From: the human T2T-CHM13v2.0 reference genome, Homo sapiens
Strand: one strand, 5' to 3'
DNA length: 64,000 bases
Assembly (NCBI RefSeq): GCF_009914755.1
Contig: NC_060936.1
In this document: piece after piece, positions 26,255 to 40,039 of the stretch
Position numbering within the stretch: position 1 is the first letter of the stretch
Layout of the letters: every line of letters begins with the position of its first letter
Position numbers and translations under genes: made by a program
Notes under the pieces: generated by a model
What the model was told of the DNA's origin: nothing
What the model saw: only the letters and a program-made list of their open reading frames with translations
Databases searched by the model: none

Positions 26255-28550
26255 CCAAAGCCTACATCTTACTGAATGAGGAAAATCCAACTTTTCATCT
26301 AAGAAATGGAATAAAACAAGAATTCCCACTCTTACTACTCTTATTCAACATAGTACTAGAAGTACTAACTGGAGTAATTAGGCAACAGTAAGAAAAAAAG
26401 GGCATCCAAATTAGAAAGGAGTAAGTCAAATTGTCCCTTTTTGCAGATGATATGATTTTATATTTAAAATCCTAAGACTCTATCTAAAAACTGTTAGAAC
26501 TGATTAATGAATTTATTAAAGTTGCAGGATACAAAATTAACATACAAAAATTAGTAGCATTTCTATGCATGATCAATGAACTGGCTGAAAAAGAAATCAA
26601 GAAAGCAATCCTATTTACAACAGATGCACACACACACGCACACACAGAGAGAGAGAAAGAGAGAAATAAATTTAGCCAAAGAGGTAAAAGACTTTGACAA
26701 AGAAAACTACAAAACATTGATGAAAAAAATGAAAAGAAAATGAAATATGAAGACAACCAATGCTCATGGATTAGAAGAATTAATATTGTTAAGATAATAT
26801 TACTCAAAGCAATCTACAGATTTGATGCAATTGCTATCAAAATACAAATGATATTCTTCACAGAAACGAAGAAAAATCTTAAAACTTGTAAGGAACTACA
26901 AAAGACCCCAAATAGCCAAAACAATCCTGAGCAAAAATAATAAAGCTGGAAGCATCACACTATCAAGCCTCAAAATATACTACAAAACTATTGTAACCCA
27001 AACAGCATGGTACTGGCATAAAAAAGACATATAGATCAAAGGAACAGAACCGAGGATACAGAAATAAATCCATATATTTACAGCCACATGGCTTTTGACA
27101 AAGGTGCCATGAACACTCATTGGGGAAAGGACAGTCTCTTCAGTAAATGGTGCTGGGAAATGCACATCCATATACAGAAGAATGAAACTAGACCCTGCCT
27201 CTCATTTCATACAAAAATTAAATCAAAATGAATCAACTACCTAAATGTAAGATCTGAAAAAATAAAATTACTAGAGGAAAATATGGGAAATGTTTCAACA
27301 CATTGGTCTGAGAAAAAAATTTATGAATAAGACCTCAAAAGCACAGGCAACAACAACAACAACAAAGAAACAAATTGAATTATATCACAGTAAATAACTC
27401 CTGAACAGCAAAAACAGGAACAAAACAAAACAAGAGAGTGAAAAAAATGGGAGAAAATATTTGAAAAGTACTCATCTGATAGGAGATTAATATCCAGAAT
27501 ATACAATGAACTGAAACATCTCAACAGCAAAAAATTATAAAATTTAAATTAAGAATGGGCAAATAATCTGAACAGACATTTCTCAACAGAAGACATACAA
27601 AAAGCCAACAAATATTACATGAAAAATGTTCAACATCACTGATCATCAGGGAAATGCAACTCAAAATTACAATTAAGTATCATCTCACCCGAGTTAGAAT
27701 GGCTACTATCAGAAAGACAAAAAATAACATGCTGGCAAAGATGTAGAGGAAAGGGAACTCAGACACTGTTGGTGTGAATGTAAACTAATACAACCATTCT
27801 GGATAACAATATGGAAGTTCCTCAAAAAACTACAAATATAATTACCATATGATCCAGCAATCTCACTACCAGGCATTTATCCACAGAGAAGGAAATAATT
27901 ATATTAAAGGGACATCTGCACTCCCATATTTATTGCAGCATTATTTACAATAGGCAAGATCAACCTAGGTGTCCAGAAACAGATGAATGGGTAAAGAAAT
28001 ATGGTATGTACACACCATGGAATACTACTCAGCCATAAAAAGAATAAAATCCTTTTATTTCTGGTAACATGGATAAAACTGGAGGACATTATGTTAAGTG
28101 AAATAAGCCAAGAACAGAAAGTTAAATGCTGCATGTTCTCATTCATATGTGGAAGCTAAAAAAGTTTATCTCATAGAAGTAAAAAGTAGAACAGACCATA
28201 ACAGAGACTGGAAAAGTAGGGGGAAGAGGCGGGGAATAGGGAGAGATTTGTTAAAGCATACACAATTACAGCTGCATAGGAGGAATAAGTTCTAGTCTTC
28301 TAGCACTGTAGGATCACTATAGTTAATAACATGTAGTTTCAAATAACTAGAAGGAGGTTATTGAATGTTCCCAACACAAAGAAATGATAAATGATAAATA
28401 TTTGACATGATGAAATAGATGTGTGAGTTGTCCTGATTTGATCACTACATATTATAAGTATTGAAACATATCTTATGTGCCTCATGAATATCTACAATTA
28501 TTATGTCAATTAAAAATACATTTAAAAAGTAACTGAAAAAGAAAAAAAAT
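26255..28550 (+). mobile_element. 5'-truncated L1MA (L1MA4-like), ORF2 3' half plus 3' UTR
   Basis: tttgcagatgatatg (FADDM) and WIRRINIVK in the ORF track; 3' UTR ctcatagaagtaaaaagtagaacag...ggaggaataagttctagt...aaagaaatgataaatg; A-rich end. Confidence 0.92.
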
Positions 28551-29609
28551 TGTATGTTAAAACCTGTTGACTGCCTAGTCTTCACTTATATTTTTTCATT
28601 GCCCTGACTCTGTCAGTCATTTTTAAGCACACCTAATATCTTTTAAAAATCTTTCTCTTTCTATTCTTCCAGAATTGACATAGCTTCTTCCTTCCATGAC
28701 ATCTTTTTCATGATCTGCATAATTTCTGCTTGATTTGCTTCTCTTTTCAATGTATTTTCTCTAGTTAAGTTAATGAAGATCTATATGGGTGCCATACCTG
28801 AGATGCTGGTCTTTTTAATTTTGATAGTTGAAAAAAGGACTACACTTATCTAAAAGAGTTGGACCATATAGAACTAATCAATATAAATGTGAACTTTTAT
28901 GTAAAATAATTCCAACACGTATTAGAATTATGTGGAGAAAGATTTAAAATGTTGTAATGATCATGTGAAAATTATTATATATTAATATGTAATCTTCAAC
29001 ATATACTTGCAAAATGAGTATTCACATCATTTCACCATTGTGCCTTGTCTAAATATGAATTGAGGTCCAGAGAAGATGTGAATTGGGTATAGCAGTGTAG
29101 CAGTGTAGTACCAACATTTATCTGTGACTATTTTGTAGAAATATTTTATAAATAATTGTGTATATATATATATATGTGTGTAGCTCAGAATATCCTGTGA
29201 ATTATGTAATATTAGACTCAAGTTACAATGAGGATACTAAGTTGCAAAAAATGCTGAAGAACTTGACTGAACTTGACTGGAGGAGCACCTCTAGCACTTG
29301 GTGCCAGTTTCAAAACTCACTCTCTCTGAACCTACATTCATCATTAGAAAAAGATGCAATTTTGACTCCAATTTAAAGGAAAGGTCAAATAATGTTTTAT
29401 GGATGGGAGGAGGAAAATTGCTGCATGTAAAGGCTTAAGGTAAAAATGTGAGAAAATTACTAGAAATGGAGAATATTGACTACAATATTTCAATAGTTGA
29501 GAGCTAACCGTCGGGGCAGGATTTGGATGCTTTAGAAGCTGAATTTTTTATTTGCTATTAATATGGGAAGGTGTCAAACAATCACTCATATGATTAGAGA
29601 AAATTGTGA

Positions 29610-29850
29610 TGAACATTTATTGAATACTTAACTCTGTGTCAGGCCCTAGTATGAGCATTTAATAGATATTAACTTATTTAATCCTTCTAATAGACCTATA
29701 ATGTAGTTACTATTATTATCCCCATTATAGAGATGAAGAAATTAAAGCTCAGAGAGGTATGACTTTGACCCAAGGTGACATGGCCAGAGTGCAATGCAAC
29801 CAGGATTAGAATCCAAGAAGATGACCCTAGCCTGTTACCTCCTGACAACT
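29610..29850 (-). mobile_element. MIR SINE
   Basis: aacatttattgaatactta...tactattattatccccattatagagatgaagaaattaaagctcagagagg. Confidence 0.85.
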
Positions 29851-30998
29851 AAGACGATGTGGGTAAGTGTTAACCTGAGAATAATGGAAATCAATTCCCA
29901 CTAGAATATTATTGATTCATTTGAGAGAAAAAAAATAAAACGGAATGTAATAAAAGTTACATTCCCTTTATAATAACATAAGACCATATTCCTTACAGTA
30001 ACAAAGGTCCAGACTGTTCCATTCCACTTCTCCTGAGTCTCTAAGAATTGTTTAACGGCTGAGTCAGTATTTCTTACCACGTTGTTAAAAACTATCAAGG
30101 GCTTTCAAAGTTTTTCAATCACGCTTGAATCAGAATTCTTGGTAGAAAGTACGCATCATGCTCCAGGGCACTGTAACCCCAGTGGGAATTTTTGGCTTTT
30201 CAAACTTGAGAATAAATGGATTCCAATTCAGAAGTATAGAGAAAGGGGAAAGGAGTGACCTCACTACAGTCCCCATGGCTGTAATCTTCCTTTCCTCATT
30301 CCATTCAACTATTCACTTTTCCACAAAAAGTTTTTTTTTTTTTAAATTGTATCATCAGTAACCCAGAAGATTGGAAGGATATTTAAACGAACCTCCAATT
30401 AGCAGAGCTCAAGGATGTGAAAGAAGAGACAAAGTATCAAGGTGAATCACATGAGACCAAATCAGTCAAAGCGGGGGGTGAGTTGTAGAAGGATAGAGGG
30501 ATGGTAGTAGAAGAAACTGGATAGTATTAAAAGGTTAGGGGACATGCAGAGAGGACGTTTTGAGAATAGAGTGGGTGCTAGCAAAGAGGAAAGGTGTAGA
30601 AACAGGAAACTGAATCAAGAAGGGTAAATAAAGCTGTTGCCTGATGGCTAAATGTCTGGAATAACATACTGCCTGTACACACATGCATATACAGACATAT
30701 TGGTATTTGGATACCTTAAAATGGCACATTTTGTTAGAATATTGAAAGCTACTAATGCAAACACTAGCTACAATATATTGGGGCAGAAAACTCAAACATG
30801 CCAAAGATTATCTGAGGTTTTAGGTTTTAAGGACACGTGAGAATGTAATATTTGATGATCTGGAGCCTGGAGAAGACAATGCTTCGGCCCAGTGTGCATC
30901 TGACAATTTTTCTTCCAATCAAAAGATAGCTTCAAATAACAGTGAATCATTCCATGTGATAGTGATTTGAAAAACAATTTCTCTATAACGAAAGACAG

Positions 30999-31027
30999 AC
31001 ACACACACGCGCGCGCGTGCGCGCGCG
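30999..31027. repeat. (CA)n(CG)n alternating purine-pyrimidine tract
   Basis: acacacacacgcgcgcgcgtgcgcgcgcg, 9 CpGs. Confidence 0.95.
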
Positions 31028-32319
31028 AGACAGAGATTGACTGTACAAGACCAGGAGCACATGGTTAATTGACATATTCCTGAGCAAACTTGTAAATAGT
31101 ACTGTTCTCACAGGAATTAAATCAGTAGCACTGTGGGTAACTTTAGAATTCAAAGGTGTCACAGTTCCTCACTCTGTGTTGATGGAACCGAACGGCATTA
31201 ACCTTTTCACTTGCACTAACAAAGACAAGTGAAGACAAGATGCGCTATGTTTCCTGCACATCTATGTTTTGTTTTTTGCCCAAGGCCCTCTACAATTATC
31301 CCACACTTCAGAACTAATTTCTCTACTCGTTTACCTGCATTGTTTTTGCACTACTCCTGTAACATCACAATCTCATTAACCATGATTTTTGTCAAAAGGA
31401 GGATTTATAAGGGCATAGAAGAAATAATTATTTAGTGATATAATATTGAGCAAATCTTTGTAGTTTCTGCAAATATGTTGGCCCTCTTCCAAAGTAAACA
31501 TTTTTTCCTGCTTCAGTCTTATTTTATAAATAACACTCTACTGCTTAAAGCAAAGCAACGCTGACAATTGTTCATCTAGTCCTGAATTTAAAAATTAGAC
31601 TTCTTATTTTTAGGTGATGGCAAGAGGGAAAGAAAAACCCAACTGAAATACAGAAATTGATTATTTTTTTCAATAATACAAATCTTATCAATTAAACGTT
31701 TATTACTTCTTTTTAAATTTAAAAATATATTTGTATATATGTATGCCCACAAAATACATGTACCTATGCATATTATATAAATATATTTTTGTTTTGTTTT
31801 GCAAGCATAAAGTGGAGCAAACAACCATTTAACACCAATAATCAGCTATTTCAGATGTGGAAACAAGTGCCTATCTTTTTGTAGCTAACAAATAATTTCA
31901 TCATTACAGAGGGATAGAAAGTTGCATTTCTTCAAGGCCATGTAGAAAATGGAATTATTTTGGCTGTAAGGATAAACAATTACCCATGTAACTTAACTGA
32001 AAAAAAAATTAACTGTGTAAGTGTAAGTGTGGAAATTTGTTCGGCTACCGTTGTCATTTTCCTTGATCATAAGCAAGCTTGCTAGCAGCCAGCAATATAC
32101 TTCTCCAATTAATAACAGAGCCCAAATAAGAATTAATATCAGTGTGCAAATTTCAGAAGGAAAAGTTGAAGAATCATGTTTTATCAAATAATACATTTTA
32201 AAAGGGGCATTGTCTGAGTCTAATGCTCACAGGAAAAGAGAGCTGAAATAAGGAAGAATTTGATAACTTCTTTACATGTGGTACATTGTCAGAATGGGGT
32301 GTGTTTATCTAGAAGAATC

Positions 32320-32600
32320 TAGTAGTACACATGTAAGCTATCTTCAAATATTCAAAGTGTTGTCATATAGAAGAGGGAGCAAACAGAATGAGGACAAATG
32401 AGTTATATGTGGTCTTAATAAATTATCCTATTTATTAAGAATAGATAGGATTCACACAGAATGTATTATCTTGAGATACACTTAAAAGAAAACTTGGATG
32501 ATCATCTGTCAGAGGTGCTCTTGAATGATTTTTTTTGCAGGAAAATTGTGCTAGATGACCTCTAGGATCACTTCCAGCTTGAAATCTTATGAGTTCGTTT
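32320..32600 (+). mobile_element. L3/CR1 3' fragment
   Basis: ttggatgatcatctgtcag...ctagatgacctctaggatcacttccagcttgaaatcttatgagttc resembles the CR1 terminal motif. Confidence 0.55.
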
Positions 32601-32649
32601 TCTATTATTCTGGCCATGAGAATTCTGCTAAAGAATCTGTAGAACTTTT

Positions 32650-32938
32650 TCCAAGTCATATTTTGCAAATCACTGGTTCTGGTAGATGTTAATAGGTGCT
32701 TTGATTGAAAAATATGACTCTGTAGTCAAATTAGTTTGGGGGGCATTATATATAATATGCTGTTCTTGGAGAATAAAAATGCACATTTGCATAGCAAAAG
32801 TTCTGAGCTTTGTGTAAAAAATCCTGTTTAACTTGGAATAACTCAACACTCTCTGAACCTAATTTACAAGAGAGCACTTTTCCAGTATACTATTTGCAAC
32901 CTGAAGTGTTCCTTGGAATATTAGTTTTGGAAAATAGC
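32650..32938. mobile_element. hAT-Charlie (Charlie4-like) non-autonomous element
   Basis: cactggttctggtagatgttaataggtg...gtcaaattagtttggg...gtgttccttggaatattagttttggaaaatag. Confidence 0.5.
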
Positions 32939-33976
32939 AATTATTATACAATAAAAGCAACTCATTAAATCACAATGCATTTGAACACATTTATAAATGT
33001 TAAATATTAAAATATTCATGTAGAGGAAAGATTCTTTTCCTGGAAAGTTACTTATTACAAAGATCCCCCCCTCCCCCCCGCCAACGCCTGTCTTGTAAAT
33101 ACAAATCAATCATATATTTTAAGTATTTTGTGTACATTTCACATTTTTTTCCTTATTTCTCATAATTAAATATCCAATTAATGTACCTAATTTCAGAGTT
33201 TCTGAGTGTAGGTAATTGTCACATTGTTTTCTCTATTGATTTGTATCTCTTTTATTAAAGTTATCTCAATTTTATCAAAATTGTATAAGAATTACTTTTC
33301 TTTATACTTGTATCATTACTTTCACTTTTCTATTGTAAACTCATTTTTATGAAATAATAAATATAAAATGTATAAAATACTTAAATAATTACATGAGCAC
33401 TGTTTAAAGATAAAAATTGTGACTCTATTGACATTGAACTGTTGTCTGGGAGACAGTGCTCCCATGTGATAGCTCAAAATTCCCATTTATTAACAATGTT
33501 AAACATTCAAATTTGTTGTATAATATGTGGATGGAGCTGTCCACACAACAAGTAAATATTAAATACATTAAGTTTTGCCAATATACCATTAGAATTATAT
33601 TGAGTTATTACCTTAATTACAAACATATAAATTCAAAGCTGATTATATCAGCCACAGATAAATGTAGATTAAAATAATTTATTACTTCATTTATGATTTT
33701 TATCTTTTTTTCCCTCTGGTTGTCCTTCTCTGGATACATTCTCAGAGTTTACAAATGTGCTTAAGTCATCTCATTTAAAAAAAATTGTTTTGACAATTCT
33801 CTCATAATCTCATAATTCTGTATGTATTATTTTTCATCACTCTTGAACTCTAAAGGGATATTTAAACTTATCATTATTGGAAAAGTTAATTCTTTCCTCC
33901 ATTATGCCCTATAGCATTATCTATGTGCCATTATTCAACCATTTGTGCTGAATTTTAATTATTTTTAGCCACTGGC

Positions 33977-34058
33977 CTTCCTTATTATGAAAATAGAATC
34001 TTCCTTATTATGAAAATAGAAACTTATTATGAAAATAGAAACTTATTATGAAAATAGG
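33977..34058. repeat. Four-copy minisatellite, core CTTATTATGAAAATAG
   Basis: Identical cores at 33981, 34004, 34023 and 34042 (periods 23, 19, 19). Confidence 0.97.
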
Positions 34059-35146
34059 GAAGGATCATGTTTTATTTGTTTCTTGTGATTCCGGTTTAAC
34101 AAGATAGTAATGTTTGTTGAACGAATGAATGTTCAACTGAAGGGAGAGTCATGTCCTCCTTTTAATTCCCAGTCTTAGCCTAGCTAAGACTCGGGTACAT
34201 TGCTGAGCATTCATGTTTTTTTGATTAATTTTCACAAGGTAAGAATCCGCATATGATTCATTTTTATATACTATCTTATCCCCATTACTCTAGGCACGTA
34301 TTATGCATTCAGTCATATTTATTGAATAATAGAATGAAGAAATTCTTAGTGTAATCTATATTTGGTGCTCCCATTTTTCATTATTTAACACATGCTGGGA
34401 CCCTGAAAACTTAGTTCTCTTCACACTCTATTTAAAAATATTTCCTTTCAAAAAGTCACAGTAATCTCAGAGTTCTTGATACCAATCATTTACCATGTAT
34501 AACAAAGCTAATAAACCATTCTTACAATCCTTCATGGCTTCCATGAAAATGTACTCTTCTGGTTAAATTCCTGCTACCTACATGTACATACATTATGCTG
34601 TTTATTTACCTGTCTTGCTTTCTATGCATTTTTGGCAATTTTTTCAACCCCTGAATTTCAATGACGGTCCACTTGTCACCATCCTTCTACATTTCATTCC
34701 CATAAAACCACCTACCTCCGTATACCTTCTATAGCAAAAGAGTGTCGGGTTAGCATAAGGTTCAGCATAAGGTTATGGGAGATGGTTTTAAAAGCATGAG
34801 ACTGACTGAGATTTCCTTTTCTTCTATTGCTTCAACGCTACATCTATACAATCTTTTGTATGTTTTCATTACTTCTTCATTTTAAATGCCATTATCCTAA
34901 TCCAAGATCTCACAATCTCTTTACTGAACTTGTACAAAAACTTTAGTCTTTTAGCTCTGATATCCTTCCGTCTCCAATCTATCTTACCTATCTTATATTG
35001 TCTCAGATTAATCTTTCTAAATCACAGCTCTTATGGCTCTCTATTGCACAAAATGTTCACTGGTTCCTATATTCAGAGGCACATCCAAATATCTTAATTT
35101 TCCATAACCTGTGACCAACCTATTATTTCCTACTTTCTCCCATATA

Positions 35147-36181
35147 CTTAGTTGACCATTAAGCAACATGGATTTAAACTGTATGGGTCTACTTATATGG
35201 GAATTTTTTTCAATAAATACATCAGAATAAATTTTGGAGATTTGTGATAATTTGAAAAAATTTGCATACAAACCTTGTAGCCCAGACATATGGAAAAAAA
35301 TTAAGAAAAGTTAGGTATGCATAACATACATGTAGATATTAGTCTATTTTTATTATTTACTGCTGTAGAATACACATAAATGTATTATAAGAAGTTAAAA
35401 TTTATCAAGACTTATATGAACACAAGATCTACATGGTGTTGTTTGCATGCCAGAGAAATATAAACAAACACACATAAAGATGAAGTATTAAATCCTAACT
35501 GCATAAAATTAACTATATTATATACTGTACTACTGTAATAATTTTGCAAACAATTCCTGTTGCTATTGTGGTGAGCTCAAGTGTTGTATTACAGGAATCA
35601 TCTCTGAGTGAGCGATTTGTCTCTCCACTAAATTGTGTATTACAGTAAATAGTGATCTTTCCCGGGTCTCATGGATTATGCTGCTTAGTGCAATACCATA
35701 CACCTTGAATAACACCATAGGACCCATATACAAAGTCCTACTAATGATGCTGGAGATGCTCCCAAGGGGCGAAATAAGTCTTGAAAATACGAGGAAAAAA
35801 AATAAAATTTCTTGATATGTACCATAGATTGAAGTCTGTGTCTATGGTTGCCTGCCATTTCAGAAGGACGATTCATCTTGTAAACAAACAAAAACTTACA
35901 GTATCCATAAATACAGTATAGGACTTCAGATGCATTTTCTCTTCCTTATAATTGTCTTAATAACATTTTCTTTTCTCTAGCTTACTTTATTGTAAGAATA
36001 CATTATATACTACATGTAACATAAAAATATGTGTTAATCAGCTGTTTATGTTATCTGTAAGGCTTCTGTTCAATGGTAGGCTATTAAGTAGTTAAGTTTT
36101 GGAGGAGTCAAAAGTTGCAGGTGGATTTTTGAATAAGTGTTATCGGCGCTCCTAATCCCCACGTTATTCAAGGGCGAACAG
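35147..36181 (+). mobile_element. Tigger2 internal-deletion derivative (Tigger2b-like, TcMar-Tigger)
   Basis: TIRs agttgaccattaagcaac / gttattcaagggcgaacag followed by TA; transposase N-terminal remnant at ~35745-35865 (atgctcccaag...cttgatatgtaccatagattga). Confidence 0.85.
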
Positions 36182-38011
36182 TATACATTTAATTCAAGCT
36201 AATTTGTTCATCGTTTTGTAAAACTCAGAACATCTGCCCTCAAGTACCTTATTTCTACAGATGCAAATTCTACATGTATACTCTGCTTTCCTGCAAACAT
36301 CTTCTAGATAAATCTTTCCCAATATACCCATGAAATAAATGTCTCCATGTAATCTCCCAAAGTACGCTACTTACAGCAATATAAATTTTATTCTTTGTGT
36401 TATTCTTAAGTGTGCATGTATGTGTGCACCTGTGAATATTTTATCTATTTTAAGACATATAATACTCCTTTATGCTTTTATATATATAATACACCTTTAT
36501 TTATGCTTTACCTATTTATATCTTATACCCCTTTAAAGAGATACTAATTTGTCGAAACAAGCCCCAGAGTCTCTAGCATTGTGTCTTGCATGTAATGGGT
36601 ACCCTATAAACATTTTTTGAATGAATGGAGCCTTCAGTTGATTTAGTCGTGAAAGACTTCATAAAGAAAGGGAGCTTGAATCCAGGTTTTTACTAAAATG
36701 AGGAATATCAAATAATGGAAAAAGATAAGCCAGGAATTGTAGGTGGGAAGCACTTCATGTTAAGATTAGTATTTCCATAAATACATAACTAATCTGTGAA
36801 TGGTATTAGGAGGGTTTGCTTAGGCTGTATAAAGACATACGTCAGGGAGCCTGAGAAATGTGGTTAGTGGTCCACGTTTGAGCTGGCAAAAGAATAGGTC
36901 AAAATAGCTGGATTTCAGAAGGTTGATAATAGGAGCCCCTTATAGGTACCACAGAAGGAGCAGAGCCTGATGAAAGTAGAAACTGAAAAATATTATTTTA
37001 AAATTTGAATATTTTTAAATATTACCTTTACTGATGATTATCACTCATGACCTAAAAGGTCAAAATTTATTGCCTTATTTTACGCCTAAATTCTTACCAG
37101 GCACTACTGAAAACACACACATGCTTTTATATAGTAACAAATTCAACATAATATAATCTCAATAATAGATAAAATTAAAAATAATGTCATTTGCTTTTAT
37201 GTGTGTATGGGTTCACATTCCCAAGACATATGACAGATGATAACAAGGGAAAAATCCATAGTTTGATTTCATGGGGAAGTTAGAGCACCAACATATTTGT
37301 TACCTTTAAGACATAAAGACCCCCGAATATTTTATATTTTTGAATTACTTTTTTCCACTACTAAAATACAGTCATCAACCAGAAGAAAGAGAACAGTTGG
37401 TTTGTAGAACAGAGGATCTTTATTAGGCAAGGCGTGATGAAAAACTCTATGGAAACCAAATCCTTGTGGGTGATATGGCCTCAAATAAGGACATTTTTGA
37501 AACGTAGATTTTTTTGTGCTGGATTCCTTTTCCCAGAATCATCCAGCTGGGGAACAGCATAACTCTGAAAGATTCAAAGCATGTATTTTAAGGATATTGA
37601 ATAACTATTAGGGTAGCAAGCACTTCTCACTTGGATTTGCTCAACTTTTGAATTGATCTAATAGGCTATGAACATTTCTTCATAATTGTCATCTCCTTCC
37701 TTTACAGGGTCATAGGCAGGATTAATGAAATAACTTTCTAAAAGAGATTGAGCTCCTTCACAGAAAATGGCTAAATAGAGAACAGTGTTTTTGTTATGAT
37801 AGATTATGTAAGAATGAGGATGGGACAAGTTTTGCAGTTTAACCTATTTTGAAGAAAAATGACAAAGTAGAGTTGATTCTTTTTAAATAAAGATTTATGT
37901 TGGTGTGACTATCTCAAAAAGGATATTGTGCATTTAATTTTCCCATACTCTGAAATAATTTAGTTATTCACTGTATAAGTTTAAATCAAGCCATATAGTA
38001 CAATGTGTTAA

Positions 38012-38245
38012 CAGAGGTTGGCACACTGTAGTCCCTGGGCCCAATCTTGCCAGTCCTGAAAAATTTGGCGGTGAGTTTGTGTAAATAAAGTTTTATTGGA
38101 ACACAGATCCATTTTTACTTATTGTTTATGGTTACTTTTGCAGTACATTGTGAGTAGTTTAATAGTTATGACAGAGACAGTATGACCTACAAAACCTGAG
38201 ATACTTACTATTTGGCCCTTCAGAGAAAAATTTTGCAGAACCGTG
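38012..38245 (+). mobile_element. MER58A hAT-Charlie element
   Basis: cagaggttggcacact...gtaaataaagttttattggaacacag...tactatttggcccttcagagaaaaattttgcagaaccgtg. Confidence 0.85.
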
Positions 38246-38304
38246 ATTTATAGCAGGGTGTTTTCACATGACAGCCAAGAATTAAGCATTCACATATTTC
38301 CTGA

Positions 38305-38460
38305 GTAAAAGTATGGTTTTCTGCAAATTTCTTATTATCTCTAAAACTCAATTTATTCATCTGTAATAGTATCTGTCTGGTAAGATTTTTGGTAAGGAAT
38401 AAATTATAGGAGCTTATAGTAACTCTTAACACAGTGTCTAGCAAGTAATAAAAGACTGAC
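38305..38460 (+). mobile_element. MIR fragment
   Basis: ctcaatttattcatctgtaatagtatct...cttaacacagtgtctagcaagtaat. Confidence 0.6.
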
Positions 38461-40039
38461 ATGAAGTAGTTGTTGTTGTTCTGTAATTCCTACTTAATAA
38501 GCAGATGGAGCACTGCCATTCCCAGGCATGTACTTTAAAATACTGTTTTGTATGTGCTCAGGTATGGTTTCTTTGAGCTCATTATTTAGTGATCCCAATA
38601 TCCATGTAGGACTCTAGTTTTAATATGCGACCCTTGAAAAAGAGTCTTCTCACCCAGCAAAGCAAAGATAATGGCAGGTGAGGATTGTGAAACTTGTTAG
38701 TGACAGCGACCCTCTATTGATGGTAAGGACAGAGGAGTGTTAAATAATTGGGGTAAAACTGACCAAAACAAACAAACAAACAAACAAAAAACAAAGCATG
38801 GCATCAAGAAATCCTGTCTTGTCAGTGCAACTTCAAATAAATGCAAAGATAAAATATTTTGATGAAAGAGTTACTAAGAAGTGGGAAGTAAATTTTGAGA
38901 CATTCTGCAAACACCCATAAGTGTAAATGGATTAAGTGGTGTATATAGAATGTGTAAGAGACTAGAATGTTAGAGGCTGAGCATTGAGGCAGTGGCCATA
39001 GTGCATGAAATAAACTTCAAAGATACTAGGCATTTATATTTGGGATCTACCTATGAGAATTCTCGCAGTAAAAAAGCAGAGTTGGAAGTATTTCTGGATT
39101 TTTTTTTAAGCATTAGAAAGAAGTGAGTTGAACTTTGAAATAACTACATACGCTATACTCTAAGGAACATATGACAGACCTTCAGTGAGTGTGCCTTGAG
39201 CATTTTGATTTGAAGAAATAGTGAACTGGGTTCATGTGGGGCTTTGGATTGTTGGCATTTTTGTCTTGCTTACAAAAGAACTAATAGTCATTGCTTAAAA
39301 AATATATAACTGGTCCTCTTTGATATATTGAATTTATACTGTTTAAAAAGGAGGAAGATGTCATCAGTTTGCTCGATTGTTTAATATAGAAATCCATCTA
39401 TATTCAAATATAGAGTTTATGTCAATAGAAGCTCTCCCTGTTATATTTTCTTTCCACTGCATGAGGGAAAAGACTGCCTTTATTTCATTTATTTCTATAT
39501 TCCTAGTGCCTAGCACATATGGTGCAATCAACAAATGTCTGGTGAATATGGATGAACGAATGTATGAAATCCTTGAGAACAATCAAGACTCAGAGATGAT
39601 ATGTTAAGAATTCTCGCCAAGAAGGAAAGCACAGCAAAGTACATCATTTGAAAAGATTTTGATGCTTCTGATAACCTTTAGGAGGAGACCTCACAATCCA
39701 AATCTATGTCCAGGTAACACACCAGACATGTTTGTTTTAGGCAGCAATTAGACAAAAGAAGCCTGAATTTAGGGAGATCCATGACTCACAAGGAGAGTAA
39801 ACAGAGGACCAAACACACTACCCAACCGACCATGGATTTCCCAGAAACAAGGTATTGGGCCACTAAGACAGACTATCTAAAAATGAAAGGATTAAGTCAA
39901 GAAGATGAAATCGAATGCTTACTGACCAATTCAAGCCCACAAATACCTATTTGGCATAGAGCAATACATGATTTTTATTTCTTTTTTGTTAGGATTCAGA
40001 TCCTATTATTCTCCCAGGTTGGGTTTTTATTAGTCTTAT

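Noticed and set aside
30390-30483. Purine-rich putative exon ending in GGG/GTGAGT
   Set aside because: The acceptor lacks a polypyrimidine tract and there is no independent support; a lncRNA exon cannot be excluded without RNA data
33977-34058. CRISPR-like array
   Set aside because: Repeats are directly tandem without unique spacers, in eukaryotic DNA with no cas genes
38704-38722. CTCF-like cagcgaccctctattga
   Set aside because: Needs an extra base in the core to fit the consensus; too weak to call
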